A DNA stretch of 64,000 nt from Toensbergia leucococca (GCA_022813965.1 JALDZS010000032.1:1-64000); one strand, 5' to 3'; counted from the stretch's first letter, positions 25,199 to 37,149 are shown. Notes: generated from the letters alone by a model not told the origin. Numbers and translations are program-made.

Positions 25199-26179
25199 TC
25201 AGAAACAAGCGGTATTAGACTTTCTTAATGCAGAGAGCTTGGAAGGGCCTCGGACACTAGTATGTTGCCTCTGAGCCTCTCTATGAGGATTCCAGTCGTC
25301 CCAAAACCCCTTATTGCCTCCATAACGATTTCCGTTAAAGACCTTGGCCTTGTCTGAGGCTGAGATGCCATCGTAAGAGTGACCATAGCCAGTCACTTGT
25401 GCCCCCACGGCAACCTCATCTCCATTTGCCATTCTTGCCTCACCAGAGGCTTGAACATTCTTGAAGGAGTGGCCACGATGGGCTTCGATGGCCTCCGTTA
25501 CCACGCCTTCCAAAGTCTCATCAATATCAACAGAGACGTCTTTCAGGACTGCAAGCCGCTGCTCGCTGCGTGCCCCAACGATTTCGGAAATTTCGGTTGA
25601 GCAGAGTTGCTGCTGGGCTTCTTTGTTGGCTGGGAACAGGTCTACCAGGTCATTGACGAACCTAGTGACATCTTCAATCAGCCTGTTGAATTGTCTCTCT
25701 TCGTAAAGAGCCCAGGCTGCTTTTTGTGCCAGGCTTGTTCGTTTTTGCCGTCGAAGTGCGAGGTCGCGCATGTTGGTGCGGAGGACATCGAGGTCATTGT
25801 CATGATTGGCGGTGGTGTTTAGTGAAATGACTTCATCGCCTTTGGCTTTCGACTTGAACCTTTCTGAGAGCTTCTCTGCGTCCTCGAAGGCCAGCAAGAT
25901 CTCTCCCAGCAGAGTCTTCACCACTTCAACGTCGTTCTCTGTTGAAACCAACAGCTGATGACGCGATACGGACTCAGCTGGATTAGAAGTAGCGACAATC
26001 CTCACACTCTCGCCCCAACGCGATAGACGAAGCCTGACGATGTTGAGCTTCAGCAAGCATGTTTGATAGTTTTTGCCGAATTTGCGTCCAAGTTGGACGT
26101 ATTCGAAGCAGTCAACGCAGGTGGTAAAAAGAGAGGCGAGAGCGACTCCTCCCACTACCAATCCTGCTACATCTGCCAT
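25199..26179 (-). CDS. het-S: HET-S homolog: HeLo cell-death domain plus C-terminal two-repeat prion-forming domain
   Basis: LFTTCVDCFEYVQLGRKFGKNYQTCLLKL...RLSRWG and KAAWALY...LVDLFP match HeLo. PFD repeats are HSFKNVQASGEARMANGDEV and HSYDGISASDKAKVFNGNRY, followed by GGNKGFWDD (compare HET-s YGGKGFWDN). Confidence 0.95.
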   Translation of the reverse strand: MADVAGLVVGGVALASLFTTCVDCFEYVQLGRKFGKNYQTCLLKLNIVRLRLSRWGESVRIVATSNPAESVSRHQLLVSTENDVEVVKTLLGEILLAFEDAEKLSERFKSKAKGDEVISLNTTANHDNDLDVLRTNMRDLALRRQKRTSLAQKAAWALYEERQFNRLIEDVTRFVNDLVDLFPANKEAQQQLCSTEISEIVGARSEQRLAVLKDVSVDIDETLEGVVTEAIEAHRGHSFKNVQASGEARMANGDEVAVGAQVTGYGHSYDGISASDKAKVFNGNRYGGNKGFWDDWNPHREAQRQHTSVRGPSKLSALRKSNTACF

Positions 26180-26544
26180 ATTGGTCTTCGGGTGACGAGC
26201 GTCTTATCAACGAAAGCTACGATGTAGGTGCTGTGACCCCATTGACTAGGCTGTGAACTTGGGCCTATCATCGCATTGTGGCTGATCAGGCTGTCAGGCC
26301 AGTCTCTCTAATAATAGATTTTCTTATTAAGACTCAAGGTCCAACTCCCTATCGCGCTATGTTCATCGTGTTTCGTCCTTCCCTGGAGCCTGTGTCTTTT
26401 TTGTCGAATATTGCTGTATCCCCTTGAATTCCAAATTTGACAGTCAGCTCTTTGGACCGCGAATCCTTCCGCCTGTCCACGCTGAGTGCCACAGCACTAC
26501 TACCCCACTATCGGTACAAATACTCCAATGCAGAATAGAGAGCA

Positions 26545-27928
26545 ATGGCATCCAATCAAGACTCTAGAAGGCATGACTTTCAAGGTATTGGCGCAAGTGG
26601 CAGTTCAAGACAGCATAATGGAGATGTGTATAATAGTGAGTCGTCTCCACGTTTCATTCTTCGTTGTACTCGACTGACATTCGTATTTTGATCAGACATT
26701 ACATCTGTACAACGAGAGCGATCGTACTTCAGCACCCTCAGTCAGGAAAAACGGGACCAGAAGTTGGTCGAAGCAGCCGCAGGAGGACAGATTCGCCGAC
26801 TTGAGTTACTTGTTCACGCTGATGCGGACTTGGACCATGAAGATGAGAATGGCGACACAGCTCTTCACAAAGCCGCTTTGCGAGACTATCTAGATTGTGT
26901 TGAGATACTACTAGACCATGGAGCAAATATCAATGCTATGAATAAAGAAGGCCAAACCGCGCTGTCTTACGCCGTACGATACGATTGTAATCAAGTGGCT
27001 GAATTGTTAATTCGAAAAAGGGCAAATTTAAATGCTGCGCTGCGAGTAGCATCCGCAAAAGGAAGTAATGATATTGTTGTCCGTCTACTTGATAGCGGGG
27101 CTATCATTGATGAGAAAAAAGATGGATGGACAGCTCTGATGTTTGCCGCTCGACATGGGCATGAAGTATCAATCAAAGTACTGCTTGACAGAGGTGCTAA
27201 AATTGAGGAGAAGAATAATGATGGAGTGACAGCCCTGATGTTTGCCGCTTTAAATGGGCATGAAGCATCAGTCAAAGTACTGCTTGACAGAGGTGCTAAC
27301 ATTGAGGAGAAGAGTAATAATGGATGGACAGCTCTGATGTGTGCCGCTTCAAATGGGCATGAAGCATCAGTCAAAGTACTGCTTGACAGAGGTGCTAAAA
27401 TTGAGGAGAAGAATAATGATGGAGTGACAGCCCTGATGTTTGCCGCTCGATATGGCAATGAAGCATCAGTCAAAGTACTGCTTGACAGAGGTGCTAACAT
27501 TGATGAGAAGAATAAAGATGGATGGACAGCTCTGATGTGGGCCGCTCGATATGGCAATGAAGCATCAGTCAAAATACTACTTGATCACGGTGCTAATATT
27601 GAGGAGAAGGATGAAGATGGATGGACAGCTCTGATGTTGGCCGCTTCAGAAGGGCATGAAGCATCAGTCAAAGTACTGCTTGACAGAGGTGCTAAAATTG
27701 AGGAGAAGAATAATGATGGAGTGACAGCTCTGATGTGTGCCGTTTATTATGGGCATGAAGCATCAGTCAAAGTACTGCTTGACAGAGGTGCTACAAATTG
27801 AGGAGAAGAATAACGATGGATCGACAGCCCTGATGATAGCAAGAAGGCGCGGACACCAAGGAGTGGTCAAATTGTTGTCCAGCAACCCAAAGCACACTAC
27901 TTCCTTGTCAAGATTTCTACGGAGATAA
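26545..27928 (+). CDS. N-terminal HET-s-like amyloid motif fused directly to ~12 ankyrin repeats; +1 frameshift in the last repeats
   Basis: ATG 26545; exon 1 is MASNQDSRRHDFQGIGASGSSRQHNGDVYN. Intron 26636-26695 (GTGAGT...ACTGAC...CAG) splices in frame into the 26764 ANK ORF. An extra C at ~27794 gives a stop at 27801; the corrected frame ends at 27928. Confidence 0.85.
27121..27870 (+). repeat. Array of ~7.5 near-identical 99-bp ankyrin-coding repeats
   Basis: Unit xGxTALMxAAxxGxEASVKVLLDRGAxIEEKxx, with long identical DNA blocks such as gaagcatcagtcaaagtactgcttgacagaggtgctaa. Confidence 0.95.
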
Positions 27929-30133
27929 TCATCCTGTTCTTCGCGAATCTAGCCCTGCCCACAGACTCTCTCCAACATCGGTCTCGATCTCCTTTTATTC
28001 CACGAAGTCGACAATTCACGAAGATCGATCTCACCTTGATTATATCCTGAAAGAGACATCAAGAATCCATGGAGGTGACCCACCTGCCATGAGCGAAGCA
28101 CCCGGCCCAATCATCTCGCGTACCCACCTATCTTCCACAGTAAGACTCTAGCCCCTTCACCGGAGTGCCTACCTTCTGCCCTCATCGTTGCAAGACCATC
28201 ATAGCAACGATCCGGAGATTTGGAGGTGGGAATCTTACGACAGCGTATTGAGGTTCTCAAAGGCAGCTGGCACTGCAGCAGATGTACTTGGACTAGACCC
28301 GAATTATGGACGGAAGCGGCCGACATATCATTGTGCAGAACCCCAAGAAGAGAAAGGCCAGGTATGCGCAATACAAGGGCGTCGGCGTACCGCACTTCTG
28401 CACCTATTTGATCTCCCCTTGGGTCTAGCAAAACCCTTCATCTTCTTCTAAAGAGAGAAAGAAATCCCAATCGCAAATTCGAGCGACAAAACAGGACAGC
28501 AGCAAGACTTCTACTCACGCCCCTCTCTTATATTTTCCTATATAGCTCCCTTCCCTCTCACGGGTTCCTAGACTCATTCCTCTTCCTCGTGTTGAGCTTT
28601 CCGGGGCATAGCGAGTTAGGGAAGGAAGGAATGGGATAGCGATAGCGACAGTAAACCGAGAAACGGAATGGTATTCCATCTATCGAGAGTGTTTCTCTAT
28701 CATCAACCCTCACAAAAGTCCCAAGAAAACTCCAGCGCGTGACAAACTTCCCGGACACATTCCCCTTGCTCAAAAACAAACAAACCAAATCGACGGCACA
28801 TCTACCAGCCTCAACCGCCACAATTGCATCTACCAGCACATTCCACCCAAGTCGCATCTCCCTCTTCTTTGCGTGGAAGTGGCGAAGAGAGCAAAAGAAG
28901 GATGAGAACAGCAGCAACGGCAGCGGGGAGGGTAGGGTGAATATACACCACCCTTCTACCTCCTCTCGAACACACGAGTCTTGGACGCGGCGCTGCCGAG
29001 GGGGCGAGTTGATACATGAGAACTTTCGAAAGCTGCTCGGATTCGCAGGCGCTGGAGGCGGGTTCTTTGATCCTACTATTCTTTTTTTATATATACCAGA
29101 AGTCTATCCATCATGGACTAAGAAATTACAGCCTCTCATATAATCTCTACGCTTTTTTTCCAACTCCCGTTTTCAAAAAAAAAGCATTTCCACCTTCCCT
29201 CCCTTCATCTTCACCCACCTTCCACCTTCCCCGGCACCCCCCCACCTCCAACACGCCCTACCCTATCCAAACCCAAAATTCAAATCCAAACTCAAACCCA
29301 TACCCATCTCCAAACAATCCTCCCACACCCTCAAGCAGCTACCAAAGACCGGTGCTACGCCTACTCTACTCTACCCTACCTTACCCTACCCTGCCCTATC
29401 CTACCATCTCTCTCTACTCGTGGTGATGAGGAGGACAATGTTGCAGATGTCTATCTTTCGTGTCTTTTCTTCTCATTCCATCTCATTTCTTTTCCTTTTT
29501 GTCATTTCCTCTTTTCCCTTTGGCTGGCTGGCTGGCTGGTTCGCTGTGAGAGCAAAAGGGATGAGATGCGGCGATCGGGATTTCTTTGAACTATTCCCTC
29601 CCCCGTCCCCGTCCCTGCCCCAATCCCCTCACCCCGCACACCCTCTACCCGGCACACCCTCCACCCACCTGCGCCCCCCCGCGCCCCCACCCCCCTCCCA
29701 GCGCCCACTCTTTCTCTTCGTAAGAAAAACACCCGATTTATACCCCTAAACAATGTCCCAAACTTGAGAAACTTCGGGTTTTTGAACACTTTCTATAAAA
29801 TATGCACACGCATCATACGCATATTCATGTTTACAGGGGACTGTGGTGATGAATGGGGTAGGAGGAGATGTATTTCAGGGGAATTAAAAAACTGTTGGTT
29901 TCTTATACAAATGGCTGGGAGATGCGGTAATGCTCACATCCTCTGTAGATGCCTATGTGTCAAGCCATACCTCCAAACCCCATCAACAACAGTAGCCTCT
30001 CGATACCCGTTTCCGCCCAAAGAAAATAAAAATGAAAACACGTATTTTCTAGTCTAGGATACCATGCAAAGAATAACCCCCCAAAAAAGAGAAAGAGAAA
30101 CACGGATCGCGAATCGGCCCTAGCTCTCCTGCA

Positions 30134-32061
30134 TCACAATTTCGAGGAAGCCCACATTCCAAACTTTTCGAGACCGGCGGGGCCGTCGTAGAGTTGGTGG
30201 TCGAGGAGGCGGGTGTTGACCTAGATAAGCTTTAGTCAGTGCTTTTGTCTCTAAGATAGGAGGCAGCGAAAAATAGGGGGGATTGGATGGAGGCAGGGGG
30301 AATGGGGGTTAGAGGTTTATTTGGGGGAGACTTAACATGTTTAGGGTTGAGTTCTTGGATGGTGCGAGCGCCGAGGAGGCGCATGGCTGTTTTGAGCTCT
30401 TCTTGGAGGACTGGGTGAGTCCAGTAATTAGCTCGTTTGTGGGATATCAGGCTTTGGATAAGCAAGCAATACTTTCCAACGTCCGCTCCACACCAGCCTG
30501 GCCCCCGGCGCCTAAGCCCCATAGCGCAGCTCGTCCGATTCCTACACCCCTGGCGCCTAAGCAGAGTGCTTTGACAACGTCTGTACCGCGCTTGATGCCT
30601 CCGTCGACAAGGACTTCGACCTTGGACAGCACTTCGGGGCAGTATTTCCGGATTTCGAGGAGGGTGTGGATGGCTGGAGGAGCGGTATCGGCAGCTCTGC
30701 CGCCATGGTTGGAGAGAATGATTCCCTTGACTTGCGGGGCGTAGAGAGAGGCCATGTACGCATCTTCGTGGGTTTGGATGCCTTTAAGGACCAAGGGGAG
30801 AGAAGTGTGTTTTGCCAGCCAGGGGAGTGTTTCCTTCCAGTTCAAGTTGGGCGAGGTGCCGAAGAAGAGCTGTTGGCCGATGCCGCCTCCGCCTGGTTTG
30901 CTGGCGGAGCCGGACTGCACTGCTGATGTGACGGGGAGGGTGGAGCCAACGTTCTTGGATCTCTCGTCGTGTTCACGTTTCCCTGGGACGGGGGCGTCGA
31001 GGGTGAGGCAGATGAATTTGATTCTGGGCGCCAGGCGGTTGATGCGGGCTAGCATGTCTTCGCTCTTTCTTTGATCTTTCTGCGCGTAGAGCTGCCAGCC
31101 AAAAACTTGGTCGGGTGTCGAGTCTGCTACGATTTGTTCGGGTGTCATTGATGCGTTTTGGGAGATGAGTTGCATGGCGCCAAAGGTTGCGCAGGCTTTC
31201 GCTATGCCGGCTTCGCCCGAGGGGTGCGCGAGCCTGGCCATTGCTGCGGGGGAGACGTAGATTGGGAGTCTGACCTTGGAACCTAGGATTGTGGTGGAGG
31301 TGTCGCAGCTTTCGCAATCGACAAAGATCCGAGGTCTGAGAAGGATGGACCGATAGACTTCGGTGTTCATTCGCTTGGAGGTTAGGTCGTCGCTGGCGGA
31401 GAAGTAGTATGCCCATGCTTTTTTACTGAGTTGCTTTGTGGCGACTTCTTCGATCTCATCCAGGTTTAGGAGACTGTCTAGTGGCGGAGGGCCCTCGTCT
31501 TGGGGTTTCTCTTCCGTTGGTGCTTCATCTTTGGGTTGGGAGCCAGGATCGATTTTTCCGAGTTTGGCCTCGGGTCTGAGATATTCTTCTAATGTGCCGG
31601 GAGGATGAACAGGGTCGTAATCATCAGTGGCATCTTGGCCAGCGAGTTGTAGGATCTATCTTCGATCAGGCCTTGTCAACCTGGTGTTTATGATGGTCAT
31701 CTTTAGGCTGCGTACTATTTTGCTGCCTCCAGGATGATTTGGGATGAAGTCGGTGACCTGATTGTCTCAGTCGTGATTTCAAGCTTTGAATCAAATTACT
31801 GACATCGTAAACGTTGTCGTACAAAACAACCCAGCAACTCTCTGAGGTGTTGTGTTTCGCCACTGAGACAAAAAAATCTAATCAGTCCACCAAAAAAGCA
31901 AAATTTGCACCACAATTGACATCGAATCTAAAGAAGACCAGAATGGTTTTCAATATTGAATCAATTTGAACAATTGTATAATAGCGAATAGAAAATAGGC
32001 TTTTTTTGGCAAATTTGAGAGCTCTACACTTACCCTCGGCAGCGTCAAATGACTTCTCCAT
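30134..32061 (-). CDS. Flavocytochrome b2-like FMN-dependent alpha-hydroxy acid dehydrogenase (cytochrome b5 domain plus FMN domain), with C-terminal SKL
   Basis: [25 protein letters not shown] heme motif, [24 protein letters not shown] and [18 protein letters not shown]. The last exon ends ...WASSKL*. Confidence 0.92.
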
Positions 32062-32315
32062 TTTACATCTGCTGAACCCACAGAATACTATCTAGCTGAC
32101 AATTAGGAAAGAATCTTTCTCCGTTCTGGCTGAAGAATTGTCGTTGAAATGGGCGACGATGACATGATTAAATATCTTTCGGCTCCTCGGCGGAAATTTC
32201 CCCGGATTGGTGGCTTCAGATAGAGTTCTATCGGTGGTGGAGTGGTGGGGTTAAATGAGGGGCAGAATTGCCTTGTTCAGACAGGGAGACTCTTTCTCTC
32301 TTAAAGTGGCCCAGC

Positions 32316-32820
32316 ATGCAAATGTTCGAAGTATGTGGCCTCCCATCGTGTCGTTCATCATCCGCTCAAAAAGCTCGATGCTTTACCTTTGGCTTATTCG
32401 CTGACATTACTATAGTCCCGCCACGCTGCGGACCATTACCGCCTACGAACTCATCGGGCGCGATCCGTTGTGCTCACCAATGACGAGCTCGTCGAAATTC
32501 GTGCTGCCCAAAGAACCTTCGAAGGTGCCTACATCAGAACCTCACTCTCGCAATTCTCCTTTGCCTTAGTCGTCCTCAAGATCTTCACGGCCGAATTCTA
32601 CAGCATCGGTGCTTTGTTTGCCGTCTACGGTGGAGGCGTCCTCCTCACCAGCTTGCTTCGAAGACACCAGGGTAATCGTCAGTTCTTTTCCGAGATAGGA
32701 GAAGATGGATTGAATCGCAAGAAGTTTAGGACCAGTGGGAACGTGGTTGTGGTTCTGACGGCACTGTCTGTATTGGCTTATGCGTCTTTATTGGTGTTGA
32801 CCCTGAAACTGCGAGATTGA
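32316..32820 (+). CDS. DUF202-family small membrane protein; intron 32331-32414
   Basis: RARSVVLTNDELVEIRAAQRTFEGAYIRTSLSQFSFALVVLKIF plus three hydrophobic helices. The start could be 32322. Confidence 0.82.
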
Positions 32821-34438
32821 TACCTACCAAATGAATACGAGGCATTGCGGCCTTGATAAATATGGGGTTCAGACGAGTCAGGCGGTACAATTCATTCAAA
32901 GCGTAAATACACCAGGGGGGATAGCAGATAGACACCCCTATCCCATGAATAGACACCCATGCCCAACAAAGCATTCATAAGACCCGGGCGCATCTTTATT
33001 GGCGGATATGTTGCAAAAGATAAGCGATGATTTCTCACCACCTACAACGGGTAGGATCTGACAACACCGTCTACTTAGTAGGAGATATCACAACTGGAAA
33101 TGGGGGAGGCAGCACTATAAGCAGGAATTGTACATGAGCGGGGGTCGCGTAGGGAAAAACCGAGCTAGAGATTAAGGTGTACGAGGAGGAGGAAAGCAAG
33201 AAGTGAGAGAAGTGCGAAGAGCGGAAGCAGCCGAAACGACCGCCGGACGCCGGTTTCGAGGAAGAAAATGGGAGAGAATGGGGAGGAGCACATGACAGTC
33301 AAAGTGGAAGATGGGCTGTTTCAGGCCTTTGCATTGCTGCTGCTGGTTTTCATGTGCAATAGAATAGAGTACGAGCGAGAGTAGGGGCAGACTTTGAGTC
33401 AAAATATTGTGCGAAATCATCACCTTCTCCGTGTAAATCTAGGCCCGTAAACAGGTGCCCAGAGACTTATGATTCTCGAGGGGCATGTCTATTTTCGAAA
33501 AAGTCGTGTATTAATGCCCTTAAATAGTCAAGCAGGAGATTGTAAGGCTACATATTCGGACTCGCCATATTTTGCGGCTCTTGGATGCGAATACGGAAGA
33601 GGTTGCGAATAAACGTCCACGAGGGAGACGGATGATCTCGATTGGTTGGCTTTGGCACGAATCCTTTTCGGCCTCGCGCTTTTGGAATGTTCTTGACGTG
33701 GACTGTGTAACGAGCCTAGGCCAGATGATGATACCTAGGTAGATAAGGCCCGCCTCAAGTCAACGTGTCTCTAGTTACACATGAACATGAGTCTGGTCAA
33801 CAAGACCATGGCCTGACCATTTTACTTTGGAGACTTCTTCTCTCATTGAAAATGGGGTGCTTGATAGAGTAAAGTTCCAGAAGACGCATCGAAATCGCAA
33901 GCGCAGGAACAACAAAGTTAACAGCCAATTTAATGCGTCATAGTTGTTTATCGGAAAACTCTGTGACTCTGGAAAGAAGTAGAGGTATTTAATCCTCGCC
34001 ATCGGTCACCGACTTAATTCAAGCTATTCTACAAATCCCTCCTTTCTCGTGCGTTTCGTGAAACCAGCTCCTGTCGACTCCTGCCTCGACAGTACAACAA
34101 CTTGCTCCCAGACCATGGGTAGATGAAACGCTGTTTCTTGGTTGTGGTAGACTACAAACCGTTGAGGAAGCTTAGCTGTCTACCACCCAACCCGTCACGT
34201 CATCTCCATCTGGCCAACTCACTCTAGATCAATGCCACTGCTATGCGACGATCATTCCTCAAAGCCTCAGGGCTTGATCTACAAAGAGTCCATCGATGCA
34301 GCTCCTCCCTCACGCAAACCACCTGAGCGCAAACAGAGTCAACATTCATTTATCGCAAAGACCGCCATCTTAAGTAGTTGCGTAAACACTAATTTCGAAG
34401 CATCACATTCCTCGGACACTACCAACAAGAAAAATTCC

Positions 34439-36722
34439 ATGGCACCTCCCAAGGTTTCCGATGACAAGCTTTCGGCACCACAGCAGACCTCCAAGTCAAC
34501 AAATGGTGAAGCACTAACTGACACGCCGTCGACTACTGCGCCCAACAGTCCAAGAATGTAAGTATAGGCTCCTTCTTATTTGCTAGCTCGCCTAAATTCA
34601 ATCCGTGTTCTGAAGCTTGAATGAGCTCTCTCTCTCTCTCTCTCTCGGCTATTCCCTGAACGAACTTATTCTACCGCGTATTTCATTACTGATTCTGACC
34701 CGTGTACTAGCCCTCCGCTTCGACAGGACTCGGGCATTTCCACCCCCTCTCGCAGTCGACCTACTACCCTAGATATTCCAGGATTGACCAAATCAAAAGT
34801 ATCTCCTGATGGACGGATTGCGCAACGTGATGTTGGTTCTAAATTGGTGATTGTAATGGTTGGATTGCCCGCCCGAGGAAAGAGCTATATAACCAAGAAA
34901 GTTGCGAGATACCTTAACTGGTTACAACATGATACCAAGATATTCAATGTAGGTGAGAGAAGACGTGTGGCTGCTACTGGATCAAGTCGAGCTACCACAC
35001 CGGCAAAAGTACCAAACGGGAAGCCAATGAATGGTGTTGGAGGGTCGAGCATAAACATTGCGTCTCTCAACGGAGTTCTAAATGGTCAAGATCTACGGAA
35101 TCCGCCGATAAGTGATACGAAAGTCCTTATCAACGGGGAGCTAGCTCCTAGCTATTCCCAATTCGAATCTCTTCCTTCGTCCGCCGCTGATACGTCTCGT
35201 TCATCCAATGGGTATTCTCACGAGATCGATCCGGTGGGTCACTCTCAATGTTTCTTTTCTGAGACCACTACCCTAAGCGATATGCCAATAAATTCCAACC
35301 CAGATGAGCTATTGGGTGCCGAATCCTTGGAACAATCTGCAAACTTTTTCGACCCCAATAATGCCAAAGCTGCCCAAATTCGTGAGCAACTCGCGATGTC
35401 GACCTTGGATGAATTGCTAGATTACATACTTGAAGATGGTGGATCCGTGGGAATATTCGACGCAACGAACAGCACCTTGGAAAGGCGGAAGCTTATTATG
35501 AAGAAGGTTCGCGAAAGAGCAGGACCGGAGCTTGGAGTTCTCTTCCTTGAATCTCTTTGCGTCGATAAGAATTTATTAGAATCGAACATGCGCTTGAAGC
35601 TATCTGGACCAGACTATCGAGATCAAGATCCTGTGGTGGCCTTGGCCGACTTCAAAAAGCGGGTGACTTTGTATGAAAAAAAGTATACGCCTCTAGGGGA
35701 TTATGAGGAACGAAATGATATGCCGTATATTCAAATGATTGACGTCGGGCGAAAAGTCGTTTCCCACCAAATCCGAGGTTTCCTATCGGCTCAGACGGTG
35801 TATTATCTCCTGAATTTTAATCTATCGGCAAGGCAGATTTGGATAACCAGACATGGCGAATCAATTGACAATGTCAATGGCAAGATTGGCGGCGACTCTG
35901 ATCTTAGCAGTGTCGGCCGACAGTATGGGCAAGCTTTAACGAGGTTCATGAAACACGAACGAAAGGCTTGGGACTTTCATCAAGAAGCCAAAGCAATGTC
36001 TACTCATTTTCCTCCCCACCCAGGCGACACTACGCCTCCTAATCCCGAGTACTCCAGTCATAGTAATAAAATTAGCAGTGATCAGACCAAGAGTTTTTGC
36101 GTATGGACCTCTATGCTGAAACGAAGTATTCAGACGGCCGAGTATTTCGATGAAGAAGATTTCGACATCAAGCAAATGAAGATGTTGGATGAACTCAACG
36201 CTGGCTCTATGGAAGGTATGACATATGATGAAATCCGCACTCAAAATAACGCCGAATACGAGCTCCGAAAGAGAGATAAATTACACTACCGATACCCTGG
36301 AGCCGGTGGAGAAGGCTATTTGGACATTATCAACCGTCTGCGAGCCGTGATTGTCGAGGTTGAAAGAATGACAGATCATGTGCTCCTCGTTGGGCACAGA
36401 TCAGTGGCGCGAGTACTTCTAGCTTACTTCAAAGGTCTGAAACGTGAAGACGTTGCGGATCTTGATGTTCCTCTTGGTATGCTTTACATGCTTGAGCCAG
36501 TAAGTTCTCGGATCTCGTCTTTCAAAGAGCATACCTGACCTTTCAATCAGAAACCATATGGTGTAGAATTCAAGGTAGGCCCATGAATCCGGAAATGGCT
36601 CTAGATCTGTCTTTGGAAATGTTCTGACTGGTTAACAGGCATACCGGTATAACTCGGAATCCAATTGGTTCGATGAGGTTCCAAACTATCAACTACGCGG
36701 AGCAACCTCTCACATCAACTGA
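34439..36722 (+). CDS. PFK26: 6-phosphofructo-2-kinase / fructose-2,6-bisphosphatase family protein; multi-exon
   Basis: P-loop VMVGLPARGKSY, FDATNST, phosphatase-like TRHGES and YRYPGAGGEGY. An upstream in-frame ATG at 34232 is possible. Confidence 0.93.
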
Positions 36723-37149
36723 AGAGGCTCAAATTCTAGGATTCCTTTCATTGAGTTTTTAATCGTGCGATTCAGCGTAGCATCAAGGTAACGGAACGGG
36801 TCAGCGTCGAATGTTCCTAAGGTTCTATACCTCCCTTGAACAAGACTATTTGGGGGCGTTTTGATAGTATCGGTTGTATTGTTGGCGTTATTCGATACCA
36901 TAATCCCAGTCCAAATGGTGGAGGGCAATGTTTGGTATTGAAGAACCTTCAGACCTGAATGTAGGCTTTGGAAGGATTTTCATGATTGTACTATTTGAAG
37001 TATTAATAGGCGTCTTCTCAGACATTGCACCCAGCACCAGGGAATTATCACTAAAACCTCTCATATCAATGGCTGCACTTTTTGACTCTGGTGACAGGTT
37101 GAAATTGTCTTAGGATACTGAAGAATATCAGCTTCTAAGTACAAGGGTG

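Noticed and set aside
26991..27572. Repetitive antisense ORF (193 aa)
   Set aside because: Shadow of the ankyrin array on the opposite strand.
27121..27870. CRISPR-like regular repeats
   Set aside because: Eukaryotic, in-frame 99-bp ankyrin coding repeats with no unique spacers or cas genes.
28111..29800. Several overlapping ORFs and CTACC-type microsatellites
   Set aside because: Low-complexity translations with no family motifs; probably intergenic.
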